DNA from: Lama guanicoe
Taxonomy: Eukaryota
Direction of reading: 5' to 3'
Assembly (NCBI GenBank): GCA_013239625.1
Contig: MU054001.1
Span: 4,628,167 to 4,692,166, forward strand
DNA: 64,000 bases
Shown here: piece by piece, positions 25,252-38,854 of the stretch
How the letters are laid out: the number at the start of each line of letters is the position of its first letter
Numbering within the stretch: position 1 is the first letter of the stretch
Translations under genes and position numbers: made by a program
The notes under the pieces: model-generated
The model's database searches: none
The model's input: the letters and a program-made list of their open reading frames with translations, nothing else
What the model was told of the DNA's origin: nothing

Positions 25252-26819
25252 AGAAATACAGAAACAGTTCTAGGGAGAAAGCAAGGTGGGACCACTAGCT
25301 GGCCTGATACATGCCCGGCATCAGCCCCAAGGTCAGGAATTGTGAATTTCTGTTGGAAATATGGGCAGAGTCCCCATTTGGGACATTTCTGGGCTGGCCT
25401 TGCCCACACCCACCCCGGGGTCCCTGTGCCCTTCTTAGCTGGGGTCTCCCATGGGACCTTGCTCCCTGGGGCCCTGGTGGATCTTGGTGCTACTGGTCAC
25501 CCTTGTGGGGTGGTATCTTGGTTTCAGAAGGAGGTGACGATCCACCACCTGGACCCCATAGAAACTTGGCGTCCTCCACATGGGAAGGCTGCAGGCTGTG
25601 GCTGTGGCTGTCTTTGCTGTGGCCTAGGCTTCTCCGTTCACCTCTTTCTGCACTGGAGGGGTGAACCCAGAGGAGCCCAGCCCTGGCATCCCAGGGAGCT
25701 CCTCTATGCTCAGAAGGAGCACCTGTCTGCTAGACACTGGAATCCCTGCTCCACCATCCTCTCGCTGTGTGACCTTGCCCTCTCTGGTCTCCGTTTCCTT
25801 ATCAGTAATTGAGGCTGGTAAGAGTCCCTACCTCATAGGGCAGGAGTCACAGTGGGTACCCAACAAGATGGCTCCTTCTCCTTCTCTTCCTGTGCAGAAA
25901 AAGGGTTTTGCTGGAAAGACTTCCAGAAACTGTTTTGGACTCTGACCCTGGCCATATCTCGCCTGTAGCAAGTGATCATCTGACATCGCCCGGTGTGATT
26001 TCTTAGCAACCGGCTCCTTTTGGTCGGCCCAGCCATCAGACGCTCTCCAGCAGGGAGAGTTGGAGTAATTTTTTCCATTCGATGTGCATTCATGAAAGGG
26101 GGGCAGGGATGCATTTTAGGCAGAACCTGACTCCTCCTTAAATAAGACTGTTTTCCATTCTCATCTCCCCAAAGGTGGTTTTCCAGACTCAGCTGTGACT
26201 CACAATCTCAGCCTGCCCACGGGAGGGTCAGAAAATTGGTGAGAAGTCAGAGTTGGAGCATTGATTTTTTTTTTTTAAGACGCGAAGGTGGAAAATCTGC
26301 ATTGGCTTAAAATGACTGGTGTGGTGCAGCAAAGGGGTCCTGTCCAAGAGTCTGCTCTAATGAATGTATGTGCATGACTTTAATTTATCTCAGTCTATAT
26401 TCATTCATTCATTCGTTCGTTCATTCACTCAGCACACGGTTATTGTGCACTTACTATGTACCAGGCACTGTTCTAAATGCTGGGGGTTCCACAATGAACA
26501 AAACAGACAGAAGTTCCTGCCCTGGTAGAAGCAAGTTCCTGGTATTTTCTCAAGCCAGAAACTCCCCTCCGTCCTCTGTTCTTACCTCTCCACCCCTGTC
26601 CCACTGGACGGAGGGGAAGGAGCCCAGGGCTGAGGTAGGATCCACAGATGTGAGGACTAGCCCTGGCTCTGCCACTAACTTCCCACATGGCCTGGGAACA
26701 ATACCTTGAGTCTTAGATTCTGAAGAAGTGTCCTTTCCTGTCCTTTCTCCGGAGGCTTCTCCACCTAAAATTCTCTGCTTCTCTGTGATCCCCCAATTCA
26801 TTCACCATCCGTCCTTTTA

Positions 26820-27410
26820 AACATTTCTGTTATTTAAACATTTTTAGTGGCTCACCAATAGTTTTTTTCTACCATAAAATATTTCAGCTACATACAAGAG
26901 AATAATGACCAGCCAAGACATACCCTTAAGCATAAGGAACAGAGCACCATTCACCCACCGGAGCTCCCAGTCGCCCTCCTCTCCCTCCCCGCAGGGCCTG
27001 GCATTTCTCATTTCCTTGTTTGTCTTTCCTCTTGAAATGCATACAAATGACACATCAATACTATTGGTATACATGTTTCAGACTTATGTTGTCGTATGGT
27101 ATCATTTTATCGTAGTTTATCTTTAGCAACTTGCTTTTTTTCCTCTCTCTGTTGTGTTTGGAAGAGTAATCCTTGTTGGCACCTGTAGCTCTGTTTTATC
27201 GGCTTTAATTGCTGCATGGTATCCACTCTGTGAATGTACCAGTTTATCTATCCATCCTCCGTTCATAGAAATGTAGATGTAGTCTGATATTTTTTTTTGG
27301 CTATTACGAATAATTCTGGAGTGGGTATTCTCACAGTGAGTGCTCAGGTCCAGGAGTTATCAAGGGGATAAACCTTGATATGAAATGCCTGGGTCAAAGG
27401 GTGTGGCTCA
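26820..27410 (-). mobile_element. Ancient L1 (L1ME-like) fragment
   Basis: caacttgctttttt...tatccactctgtgaatgtaccagtttatctatccatcc...ggctattacgaataat...gaaatgcctgggtcaaagggt. Confidence 0.65.
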
Positions 27411-28539
27411 AACACCCTCGGCCCCCTCTCTCCATTTGTCAGCTCTGCTCACCCCACCATCACTTTAGGTAACTTCTTTCCCAGTGATTCCAGGAAAATG
27501 TCTCAGATTTTTGTCCCAGGAGCCCCACTTGGGTCACATTTCCATCCTTGATTGTTCAGGCCTGGGTCATTGGCCTGTCCTTGGAGCTTGGAGGTAGGGC
27601 CAGCCCCAGGTGAGCCTCAGAGAGGGGAAAGGAGAGGGCTGGCCCCATGGAGGACTGGGTGCTGCGCCCAGGGTGGGCCTGCTAACTGTGGGCACTGCCT
27701 GGGGTAGCTTGGCCCCATGCTGTTGGGGGACAGAGCTCCTTTGCCTTTTGTCCTGAGTTTTCTTAGGAAGCACATGTCTCTCTACAAACGACAGTAGGTG
27801 ATTAAAGAAGCCTGTGATGGCGTTTCACGCTGTGATTTATGAGCACAACCTGGGACAGTGATCTTCGGCGTGTCCTTTTTAGAGATGGGGGAACTGAGGC
27901 TTGAGGGGGTCTGAGCAGATTCCTGAGGTGTCTGTGGGACCCACTGACCTGGGGAGATACTCTGCTTTTCTCCCCATGCTTTCTCCCTGCACTCAGAGCC
28001 CAGGTGGTTCCTTTAATGGCTCCTAGAGTCAGTCCTGCCATTTATAGGTGGAGAACCAGGCTCCAAACAGGAGGCTAAGACTGCAGCTTCTTTATTTCTA
28101 GTCACTCGTCTAATACCCTCAACACAACACTCACGCAGGATGTTGTCACAGATGGGGAAACTGAGGCTCAGAGTGGGAAGTGACTGGGCTGGCCCAAGGT
28201 CTTGCCAAGAGTTGGGGACAAAGCTCAGACAACCATGTAGGCATCTCCTCGGTCCCCTCCAATGCTGCATCCACATGTCTTCATTTCAGGGTACGTCTCT
28301 GCCCCAGAGGAAACTGGCATCACCACTCAGACCCCAGTCGTACCTTCTACGGGGTGAAGAGATATCCGCTGAGTCCTTGTGCCCTCAGCTACATCCCCTT
28401 GGGCTCCCCACAGAGAGTCCTTTCCTGACTCTGATGCAAATTCCTGTGCTTTCCTGATAATGTTCTGGGCTCTTCTTAACGCGAGGGGGTCAGCTGCAAG
28501 GCATCTCGGCAATTTATAATTCTTGAAAATTCTGTTTGG

Positions 28540-29420
28540 TGACATGAGTTAGCATTTAACAGACACCCTGCCACCTCTTCTCTCCCTATTATGACAAGCT
28601 CCTGGCAGAATCCTTTTGAGACTCAGGGTAATTGCACCACGCTGGGAACGGGAAGACCACGTTGTGCTTGAGTGAGTCTCAAAAAACGTCTCCACAATAG
28701 ACAGTCAGGTACACGTTTGCTTGGCTTCAAGGTAATGATTTAAACTTAATTTGACCCTTGATGAGGGAGCCCAAGCTTCTGGTCGGACGCAGCCTTTCAG
28801 GGTGGGCTTGCCTGCCTTGCCTTCAATGGTTACACAAATAATTCCTTCATAATTACAAGTGCCTTTCAGAGGGTGTCTGCTGCTGACAGCTAATATAGAA
28901 TTATTGCCCCTGAATGCATTTCTGTAATTACTTCCCAGAGATCTGTCTTTGTGTTAGAAGACATTTCACACTTTAGTAACATAAGTGTTTTGGGAGAGTA
29001 CGAGCAATAATTATGAATAGTCTTTCCGTGAAAATAAACCTAAAAAAATTATGAAAGCTAATGCTAAAATTGGTTAGAGTCAGGGAGGAATTTCATTTGA
29101 ATCTGATTCATGTATATTTATTCCAAGTATAATAACCTTTCCTGTATGGAAACTTTTTTTTTTTTTAAACAAAAGCAGTAATGATACAGAGACCCCTGCT
29201 TTCTAATTTTTGAGCAAGACTGAACCGGCAAACTGATTAAAAGTGACAAGTTGCTTGAGACTGAATAAAGAAGCGTAATCGTGGAGCCCTGAGAGGAGAC
29301 ATTTGCGGTAATGGAAAATGAAATGATTCACAGTGTGATCAATAAAAAATTAGCAGCATTTAATAAAAGGTTTCTGCTTCATGTTGACTAAAGAACATCC
29401 TGAGCAGTTTGAAATCCGAG
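28540..29420. promoter_or_regulatory. Candidate conserved non-coding element / enhancer
   Basis: About 0.9 kb AT-rich and repeat-free in a GC-rich background, with many TAAT/ATTA and TGACA motifs. Conservation not tested. Confidence 0.5.
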
Positions 29421-29849
29421 TTAAGTGACGGTTTGAGGATGAGCAGGGGGTGGTGATGGGGTGTGGGTGTGCGTGCGCATATAGACCACAAGGATATTGG
29501 CCTTCTCCAGGAGGCCCCCCTGGCCCCTGGGGTGGGTCTGGAAGTTTCTTTTGCGCTGCCCACTTGACCTTTGATCTGTGGTTAATCCTCTCCAGGTCTC
29601 TGCTCCTCCCAGGCTCCAAGGGATTGGCGGGTGTAGGTCCGTCCCACTCCCCACTTAAATCCATCCCCTCCTGGGATGGCCGCCTTCCCGCTGAGGCCCC
29701 TCAACTGTGTTGTCTGGGCCGGTTGGCTTTGTCCTGTCAGCTGCCTTCACGTCCAGGTTTCTGGAGACTTCTGGAATGTCTCACAGCCCACTTGTGGGAG
29801 TCAGTCCCCGGGGGCTGGAGGGAAGTCAGCAGAAAGCTGGCAGGCCTCA

Positions 29850-30070
29850 GCAAGCGGATGAGGTTAAGCGACCGGGGCCGAAGGGTCCTTGGAGGGGGCG
29901 AGGCCCCGCCCTCCCGCGGTGGGGTCCGTGGGAAGCCGAGTGTGCACCCTGGCTTCTCCTCACTCAGCAGCAGCCGCGCGGGGCAACCACTCCATCAGAC
30001 ACACTCCGTGGTCTCTAGGCGCCACTTCAGTGTTCCCCGGAACGCGGCCGCGCACCACGCTGTCTCCATG
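29850..30070. promoter_or_regulatory. Small intronic CpG-rich patch
   Basis: Locally dense CpG (ccccgccctcccgcgg, cagccgcgcgg, acgcggccgcgc) with a GC box. Confidence 0.5.
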
Positions 30071-32314
30071 CCCTGGCAGCCTGCTGATTTTTATAGGCTC
30101 TACACAGCCTCTCCGCTGTGGCTGGAGGGGGTGGGGCTCCTGGCCTCCCAGGCCCTTCCTGGAGCTGGACTGGAGACCTTGGGCTGGAGGGTCACGGCCC
30201 CTGGGGTACAGCAGTGGTCCCTGAGGACCAAGGGCAGGGAGCACGCTCCACTCCCTGCATCCCTGGGCAGCAGGCAGGAAAGAACCAGGGCTGTGTTCCA
30301 CTTTCTCAGCTTTCCTTCCCCAGAGGTGTACAGACCCATGGCTGGACCTTTAAATGTAGGGTAGGAAGGGCCCTTTTGGACTGCTTGGTTCACATACATT
30401 TACTGAATGGTTGTTGTGTGCCAGGCTCTGTGCTAGGGGCCAGGTTGGGGAGGGAGAGTCAGGGGTTGCTGACCCCTCCCCACCTGGAGTCTGCTCACTG
30501 GCATGGGGTAACGAGTTGGACCATGACTGCTGTGGTCAGAGCGGGAAGGGGGGTGCCCAGTGAGCACAGAGCACATGTGGGGGGCCGAAGGTTTATTGGG
30601 CTGAGCCCTGGACGGTGAGGAGGAGTTGGCTGGGTGGACTTTTGCCCACTTCCTGCTTTCACAGCAGAACTCCATCTGTAAAGCACCGCTCTGTGGAACT
30701 CCAGCTCCTGCAGCCGACTGAGTGGGGCTTCCTGTGTGTGGAGGTAACCTTGGGCCTTCCCCTGGCACCGCAAAGAGTCACTAAGGTGCCTTGCTTTAAA
30801 AATTGCTGTCCAACGCCCATGCCTTCATTTATAGATGGAGCAACTGAGGCCCAGAGAGGGTGGAACCTGCCGGAATCCCCCAGTGACCCCGGGGGGGTCT
30901 GGGTTCTGTCAGCACTGCTTGTGTCTGCCTTTGACCCTGAGCCCCTCTTGCCCAGCCTGGCCACCTGTCCTGTCTTTGGGATAAACATCTCTCCCTGTCC
31001 CCTGTTTTTTCCCTCCACGGGGCTCCTCTTTCTGCCACGGCCACCAGGGCATGATTTGCACCCCAGCATCCTCTCCTTGAGTTCTGCTCCTAGACTGGGA
31101 GCAATTAGGAGCGCCAGGCCATGGCGCTGGCCACAAATTAGCTGGATTTATCGAGCTCCCCATGCTGCCCCGAGTCCTCCCTCCACTGCCTACCTCCGGC
31201 CTGCTCCTCCACCTCCTCCTTCCCAGCAGCCGTTGGAGACAAAACATGACAGCAAGGAGAGGGCAGAGTGGTCACAGCCTCAGGAGGTCACGAGGCGGTA
31301 ACAGCGCACAATTTTCATGGTTCCAGGGTGGCTTTGTCCGACTGTTCTTCATTACTGCATGCGGTGAGATCAGTTTTATTAAGATTGTGAGGCTCAGAGG
31401 AGCGATACCGTTAAGGACTGGCTGGAGAAATATATGTATTTTTTCCTTTTTGGTGGCGGTGTTTGTGATTGCTTTTTCTCCTCTTCCTGCTCCGCTCCTC
31501 CCACCTTCCCTCCCTCAAATCTACCATCTTTTCTTTTTGCTCCTTCCTTACCCATCATGTCGGGAGCCGGGTGCAGTGGAAGCGGCCGTCTCTCTCTACC
31601 TTTGTGGCTTGCCTCCGTGCAGCACCCCCTGGGAGGGTTGAGCCATGCATTCGTTCAGCAGGTTATTTTCCCATCAAGGGCAAGGTGCTTGTGACCAGCG
31701 TTAGCCTCAGCAGGGTAAAGCAGCTGAGCTGTGTTCCTTGGCACAGCTATAGGTACACCTAGAGCAGCAGCTGGCACATAGTAGGTGCTCAGAGAAAGTT
31801 TGTTGACTGACTAAAGATGTGGAGGATTTGTGTCTGAGATGGCTCCAGCTTTGGGGGAGCTTACTGCCCACCACGGCCTGGGTGGTGGAGACCTGGGGCA
31901 AGGACACCTAGATGACGGCCCCCATAGGGAGCTTCTGTAACCTGAGCACGAGCAGGTAATGCTGTCTTCATTTTCTAGGCAAGGCGACTGAAGCTCAGAA
32001 GCGTAAGCAACCAAAGTCACACAGGAGGGAACTGGAACCCAGTCCTAAATCTCCAAAGAAGGGACACTATCATCATTGTATAGCTGAACTCCCTGTCTGG
32101 CTCCAGGGGGCCAGGCAGCTCTTGTTGGGCGTGCTCCCTGGCAAAGATCCCCTCCCCACGAAGGCTGCATCCAGCCCTCTAAGGTGTACTGTTTCATACA
32201 CACCATGTTTCTTAAAATTTGAAATCAACTTTTAAACATCTAGAGATTTCATGTAAAAATATGAATTTCCTTCTTTTCAAAAAAAAAAAAAAAAACAACC
32301 CACCCCTCTACCCT

Positions 32315-32381
32315 NNNNNNNNNNNNNNNNNNNNNNNNNNNNNNNNNNNNNNNNNNNNNNNNNNNNNNNNNNNNNNNNNNN
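32315..32381. other. Assembly gap (67 N) at a poly-A tract
   Basis: Run of N flanked on both sides by A-run + CAACC. Confidence 0.98.
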
Positions 32382-34221
32382 AAAAAAAAAAAAAAAACAA
32401 CCGATGTCTGTACTGGGCCTCACTTTACTGTATGATGATTATGTAGAGGATTCAAGCAGGAGCCATCTCCTTGGGTGGCTGTACATCCTTACCCCAGGCT
32501 CCCCCAGCCCATTCTAATGTTTGTGTAATGCTGGGGGAACTTTGGAGTGGTGAGCTGTGGTCCAGCTCGTGGTCTGAGTGATGGAGTGAGCTGTCTGAGC
32601 CATCTGAGCCTCAGTTTTGCCCTCTGTAAGATGGGTCTAATGTTCCACGGGCCACAGGGTGAAGGATGCAGATGAACTGGAAGTTCTGGTCTGAGGGAAG
32701 GGATTGCCATTACACTGCTAATTGTTTTTGCTTCAGGTTCTAGAATTCCTGACAACTAAAGAGACATTCTCTGGAAGGTTCTTGTCATTTTCATGGTCTA
32801 CCGGGCCCATGGATGGGGGTGCCCTGGGCCCAGTCTGGCATCGTCAACCAGGGTGGAGCATCCCAGCCAGGCTTGTGTGATGCAGCCCGGGTCAGATTCA
32901 GTGTCTGACTGACTGTGGCTTTGAAATTCCATCCACAGAGCCATCAGCACTGGCGGGGGCAACAGGCACCCCCATGCCAGAGAGCTCTGCAGAAGTTGCT
33001 TCCTTATTTAAGAAGCAGAACTTGGACAGCAAATTATGTGTTAAAATATTTGCCTACAGCTCTGCTGCCAAGGGGACCCTTTAGGCTGAGTGTTAAATGT
33101 TACCCCGCTGCCTGCACTGCAAATATTTTAAACCTGAAGATAAATAGTGGCTGCCTTGTGGAATCTGGGGCCGGCAGTGGATGCACAAGCAGAGTGTCTA
33201 ATTGGGGTTGGCAGTCTGCTTGCCCAGCCCCAGTCCAGCCGCTCCCGGCTGCCCTCCCAGCAGCCCAGGCGTGCGTGAGAAACTGTTCATGGAGACGTGT
33301 CCTTCTCTACAAGCAGGGCCCAAACACCGAGCTGAGGGTTAGCCAGGGGTTTGACCCAGTGCCCGGGTTCCGAAAGTGCTTCCTTCCACGCTGGCCCTCG
33401 GGAACGTGCTGCTGGTGACACTGTTTGTAGGAAACATTCTGGCTGTTAGGATAGACTGTTTGTTCTCTATTAAAGCAAAATATTGCTGCAGGATAAACAC
33501 TTTGGAAGTGGTGGACGCCTGCCTGGACTGTGAATTCTGTCGGGAGACTCCTCCCTGCAAAACTACATACAGGGGGAGAGTACAAGAAAAGTGTAAACCC
33601 TTCTACATTGTCTGCCCGGGAGCTGGCAGGGATAGACCCCGGGCAGGGGTCACGCTGTTTCCTGGAGGAGCTGGGCTTGTCACTTACTCAAGGTCATACA
33701 ACATGGAAGTGGGGAGCTCAGACTCGAGGCCAAGCCTTTCCTCTCCTGATCCAGTGGACTTTTTTTTTTTTTTTGTCTGTATGGACATTTTTGTGCCTTT
33801 CAGGGGGCTGTGTGCCCTAATATTCTCCATCCTCAGGAGCCCATGAGGCCTCCTGCCAGGACCTCTCATGCGGTGCGACGCCTCCACCTTCCTGTCTGAG
33901 TCATGATGCCACGCGTGTTGTTTGAATGATAACAGAGCAGACAGTAAACATAGCTACTGTTTTCTCAAGTTTCCTTGTACGCTGGGTATCCGGCTCTGTG
34001 TGCACTACCTCATTACAATAATTTAACTTCATTAAAATTTTCTCAGAGAGGGTAAGTGACTTATCCAAGGTCCCCCAGCTGTTACGTGATGGCATGTGAA
34101 TTTGAACCCAGATAGGCTGGCTCCAAAGCCTGCCATTCGTTTCCGTTCTTTCTCTGTCCTCCTTATAGTCCCTGGAACGTAGCTCCAACTGTCTGCTGCT
34201 TGTGTGTGCCGTTGCTTCATA

Positions 34222-34345
34222 AGTATCTTTAAAAAAATTATTTTATTATATTTCAAATTTCTTCCCCCTCCTGTAAATGAGGATTGAACCCAGGACCTTG
34301 TGCCTGCCGAGCATGTGCTCTGCCACTGAGCTATACCCCCACCCC
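34222..34345 (-). mobile_element. Camelid tRNA-derived SINE (more diverged)
   Basis: Reverse-strand A and B boxes (ggattgaacccagg...ccactgagctataccccc). Flanking direct repeat TGCTTCATA at 34213-34221 and 34346-34354. Confidence 0.8.
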
Positions 34346-35769
34346 TGCTTCATAGCCATTTTTATGCAAAAGCAACTTGGTCCCATCAGCCCCACTGGAC
34401 TCCTCTACACTGGCACTCCTGGTGTCCTCTGTACATGTGGGTTCTCCAGGTCAAGCCCTGGGTGCATCTAGAATTTACCGCCTGGTGTTTCTGATTTCTG
34501 CGGAGGTGGATGGTGTATCTCCTGTCCGGGTCTGGGTGGGAGAAGAGATGGGGAGACTGTTTTAGGACTCACTGGCTTCCAGGGCTGACTCTCTTGCCTT
34601 CCACTCTCACCTGGCACCATTCCTGGCCTTCACTCCCCTCTCTGCCCCTCCCCTGCACCCTGGTCTTGCACTTTTCCCGCCGCCATCCTCTCCCCACCTG
34701 CCCCTGCTCCAGCCTCCTCTGGGCTCCTTGAAACCCCGCAGGGCTCCTGGCTTACCCATATCTGTGTGTAGCTGTGGGCACAATTCTCGCATCTATGGTC
34801 ATCCATTCAGGTGAGCCTCACCTCCACCTTGTGAGGCAGGAGAGGTCAGTGCCCATCAGGATCAGGCTCCTTGTTGACATATAAGGAATCAACCTCAGGC
34901 GGGAGAAGTGACTTGCTCAGGGTCACTCGTGGGGCAAGGAGGGGTTTCCTGGAGCTAAGACGGAAACACAGGACTGACCCTGGACCAGGCTGCAGGCACT
35001 TACCACCTACCCCTCCCTTTGGGCATCATTTTTTTCCCCTGGGCACTCGTTCAGCCACCCCACACTGATTAAACATCTTTTCTGTGCCAGGCCTTGTGTG
35101 GGCTTTGAGGTCACCAAGAAGAAAGAGACCAGGGAGCATCCTGTACGTTCTACAAATATGTGTATGTTATGCTTGGCCCAGAGTAGGCAGTCAATCAGTA
35201 TTTGTGGGATGAAGGAAGGAGAGAATGGATGAATGTCTGTGGTTATTGCTACTGGGGTGTCTCATGTCCCCATTCTCTGCCCTTGTTTTCTCTATCCTGG
35301 GTGTGTGGGGGCTACTCCTGGTCTCCTGCCTTCACTGGGCAGGTACTCAGCCCTGGGTCCTCAGGGGCAGGACCCTCAGTGGTCCCTGGTTGGTTCTTAG
35401 GGTGCCCAGGGCCCTCTGATGGTGGGGTGATCCCCACGGTCTTTTCCAGGAAGGAAAAGAGGCAGCCTTCTTTTCAGTTCTTTCTGACTTGAGTGCTGGC
35501 TGGGGACTGGGGCCAGAGGGAAGAGACCCTCACTGGTGTTCTCAGGCTGAGCCTCTCTCAGCCGGCCCCAGGGAGCGTGGAGGTCCTGACAGCCCTGACT
35601 CATGAGCTTCGGAATCCTTGCTGAGAAGGTAGGAAATGTCCTGTTCCCAGACCTGGCAGCCTGCGGGCAGCCTGGCCCCTGGGGGCCTCTCCCCTTTCCC
35701 TCTTTCCTGGCACTGGACTTAGCCAGCTGTCCCCTGCTCAGCGCTCTCACAAGCATTCCCTTTCTGCCC

Positions 35770-35930
35770 TCCTGTGTAGTGGTTAAGAGTTGGGATCTGT
35801 AACCAGAAGACCTGGGTTCAAATCCAGGCTCTGCCCTTTCCAGTGTGTGTGATTTGTGTGTGGTCCTGAGCCTTGGTTTCCCCATCTGCAAAGGGGGGAC
35901 ATCAATTGTACCTCCCTCATAGGATTACTG
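35770..35930 (+). mobile_element. MIR SINE
   Basis: gtagtggttaagag...gacctgggttcaaatccaggctctgcc...ggtttccccatctgcaaa. Confidence 0.8.
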
Positions 35931-36684
35931 GGACGGCGGGATGGGAAGGTGTGAATGTGGAAGGATGCCAGGAGGTGCTCCCGCGGTGGTCAGCACCACT
36001 CATGGCGCAGGGGAGGCTGAGCCCCCTCCCTCCATCCCTGACTAGGCCTCTGCTGCCTCTTCCTGAAAGAGGACGTGGGGCCACTTTCCTTGCTAGGCGT
36101 CACTTGCTGTGCACCTTTTCTGCGGGGTCCCACTGTCCTTCTCGTGTTGTCATCTGGGATAAAACCCCTTTCTCAAGGGCAGTGGCTCAGTGGGGCTGTT
36201 TAGGCTGGGGGTGGGGAAATTCACTACTTTCTAAGGCCAAGAGATGGAGGTGGAGTGTTAACTGCCGCTCATAGTAAGTTCCCCAAGTCCGTATCTTAGG
36301 CTCAGGATCTGTGGGGTGTATGTGATGTAGTGGGATCCACCAGTGTAGGTATACCTCCCTCCTCCTGCTTTGAAGGAGCAGCAGGCAAGACAGAGTGGCC
36401 CCATTGAACCATTTGAGATTGCCATTATTTGGCTTTTTTGACCTAGAAAAATGGCAACTTCATATGGTTCAAGCTAATACTTGTCATCACACAGTAAACA
36501 GCACTGAAACCACTTCCCCTCCCCTGGCCCTTACCTGTATTGATATTCAGACTTGTTTCTTTGAAACCAACTCATTCATTCATTCACAGTTTATTCAGTG
36601 CCCGCCGTGTGTCTCCCAGGGGCTGGGGAGACAGTACCAAGTAAAAACAAACACAGCTCCTGCTCTCTTGGAACTTACAGCGGA

Positions 36685-37195
36685 GTGTTCCAGCTGTCCT
36701 CTGCTGTGTAACAAACTATTCCCAAACTCAGGGACCTAAAGCAACAGTTACTGTTTTGCACAGCTCTGTGGGCTGACTGGACTCGCATTTCTCATGTAGT
36801 TGCAGTCACAGGTGGTTGGGGCTGCTGCCTTTTGAAAGCTTGTCAGGGTTGGATGTCCAAGGTGGTGCACCCCCATGGCAGCTGGTGCTGGCCGCAGAGA
36901 GCTCAGCCGGGGCCGTGGACTGGAGCACCAACACACCCTCCACTGGCCTGGGCTCCTCATAGTAGGGCGGCTGGGCTCTCAGGGGTAGTGTCCCAAGAGA
37001 CCAGGAGACCCGGGGGAAGTTGCATTCTAGTTTCTGTTGTGTTCTAGTGTTCAAGGGAGTCACCGGGCCCAGCTGAGCCACCGGAATTGTGGAGGGAACT
37101 TAGATCCCTCTATTTGATGGGAGCGGGCAAGGATTCACTACAGAACAGCACCTGGGATGGGAGCTGTTGCCGCTGCCCTCCTAGGCCAATGCGGG
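36685..37195. mobile_element. MLT1-type (MaLR) LTR
   Basis: ctgctgtgtaacaaactattcccaaactcag...aagcaacag...ggatgtccaagg...agtcaccgggcccag...ctatttgatgggag. Confidence 0.7.
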
Positions 37196-37589
37196 CAGCA
37201 CAGGGAGGCAGAGAGTAAAAAGTCAGCCTATAAAAGTGTGAGTGAACATTGCTCCAAGTGCGCTGACGGCCATGGGAAGGGAACTATGGGAAAGGAATGA
37301 TGGGGACATGCGAGACCTGGGCGCTCAGGCCCTCCAGGAGCCCCATTGGGTGGGTGAAGGGTTACGGCAGAACAGGAGTGTGAAGCCCCTGTCAGAACAA
37401 ACCTGCAGTTCAGGGGATTGAATGAAGGTCTGTATGGCTGAGGAGGAAGCGTGAAGTCAGAGTGGTCAGCGGAGCTCTCACTGGACTTTGGGGTTCACGA
37501 CCAGGACCCTGCAGACGACTTTGGAGGGTTTACAGATTCCTTAACACATGGCTCATTTTTTCCACTGAGGCTCTACTGTGGGGAGACTG

Positions 37590-37775
37590 TGGAGCACAGT
37601 GGCTGAGAGTCAGGCACAATTGTGTGTGAAACCTGCTGCTGTGGCCTTGCTTAAACATCGGCACCTCACAGAGCCTCAGTTTCCTCACCTGTAAAATGGG
37701 GCTATGATGGGCTCAACTTAAAGGGCTGCACTGGGAAAATACCTGGCATGCAACAAGGCCTTAATAAAGGCCAGC
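37590..37775 (+). mobile_element. MIR SINE
   Basis: gagcctcagtttcctcacctgtaaaatgggg. Confidence 0.7.
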
Positions 37776-38854
37776 TGTTCTTGGTGGAACCCTGGGCAAA
37801 AGGATGGAGGTGTACAGATCGGAAAACAACTAGGTTGTTAGTTTTCCAGGGTGCAGCATGAGACAGGGCAGATAGGGAGCTTTGTTAATGGATGGAGAGG
37901 TCCGTGTTTACGGTGCCAATTCTGTTTCCTGTCCTGTGCTCATGGCCCTGAGGGAGTGGGCCTTATTCAGAAATTGTTTAGCTTGGGCCTTCCCTGGGTG
38001 CCCCTGGGGGAAATTGAGTGGGGCTGGAGGGAAAGTCACCAGCAGCCCATTTTGGGGAGGTCCTTCCTTGCCTGGAGGCCTTGCCCACTGACTTTGCTTC
38101 ATCAGCCACCCAGTAGTTGGAGGGACCTCAGGTCAACTGTAGTTCAGCCCCAGGAGGTCGCCACATGTTGGAAACAAGAGGCAGCACTTGGGATGGGGAC
38201 TCAGGTAGGGTTGGTGGTGGCTGCTGGGCTCTGCTTCCTCTGCTTGCTCAGCGAGGACCCTCGAGAGACTCTGGGGCTAGATGAGGGTGGGACGTGGGAC
38301 AGTGGGGTCCAGGGAACAGGGAGGGTCCACTCATGAGGGCCCCGGGGGCTCACTGAGCAGCAGCTCAGGGTGGACCTGGGAACGAGGAGACCCCAGAGAG
38401 GGCTCCGGAGAGACTAGCACCCCCAGAGCTCCGTCCTTAGACCCACTTGGGAGCTAGGGGAGGGGTGAGTGACTTAGATCAGAACTTGGAGGTTCGATCC
38501 CTTGCATGGCTTTGGGTGACCGCTCAGAGCCTCAGTTTTCTCATCTGTAAATGGGAAAATAACACGACTTACTTTTATTTCTGATGGTGAGGTTCAGAGA
38601 CTGGGAGGCATAGAGTGCCTTACAGTAAAGCCTTGAGCGGGATGGAGGGCTTCCTGCACTCAAGGTCCTGATCCCACCGACACAGCAGAGGGGGCCCCCG
38701 GTGACTGGGCCGCCAGGGAAGTCTCGCTACCCCAAACTTCTCCAGGCCATGTGATCCACGGGACCTTGGGTGATGAGGTCCCCATGTTGCCCACCTCCCC
38801 TCTCCTGCCCCTTTCTGTGCAGCCACCTTGCCTTCCCATTAGGAGACAGCGGCA

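Noticed and set aside
29450..30364. Longest ORF in the track (304 aa)
   Set aside because: No recognisable domain, GC-driven Pro/Gly/Ser/Leu composition, and it overlaps the CpG patch. A chance ORF.
32279..32415. Apparent duplication of poly-A + CAACC on both sides of the N gap
   Set aside because: The left flank (caacc-cacccctctac) looks like a dephased, low-quality read of the right flank (caacc-gatgtctgtac) after a homopolymer. It is probably a false gap or overlap rather than biology.
35989..36009. REST/NRSE-like sequence (TCAGCACCAC...)
   Set aside because: The right half lacks the GGACAG core, and there is no other support.
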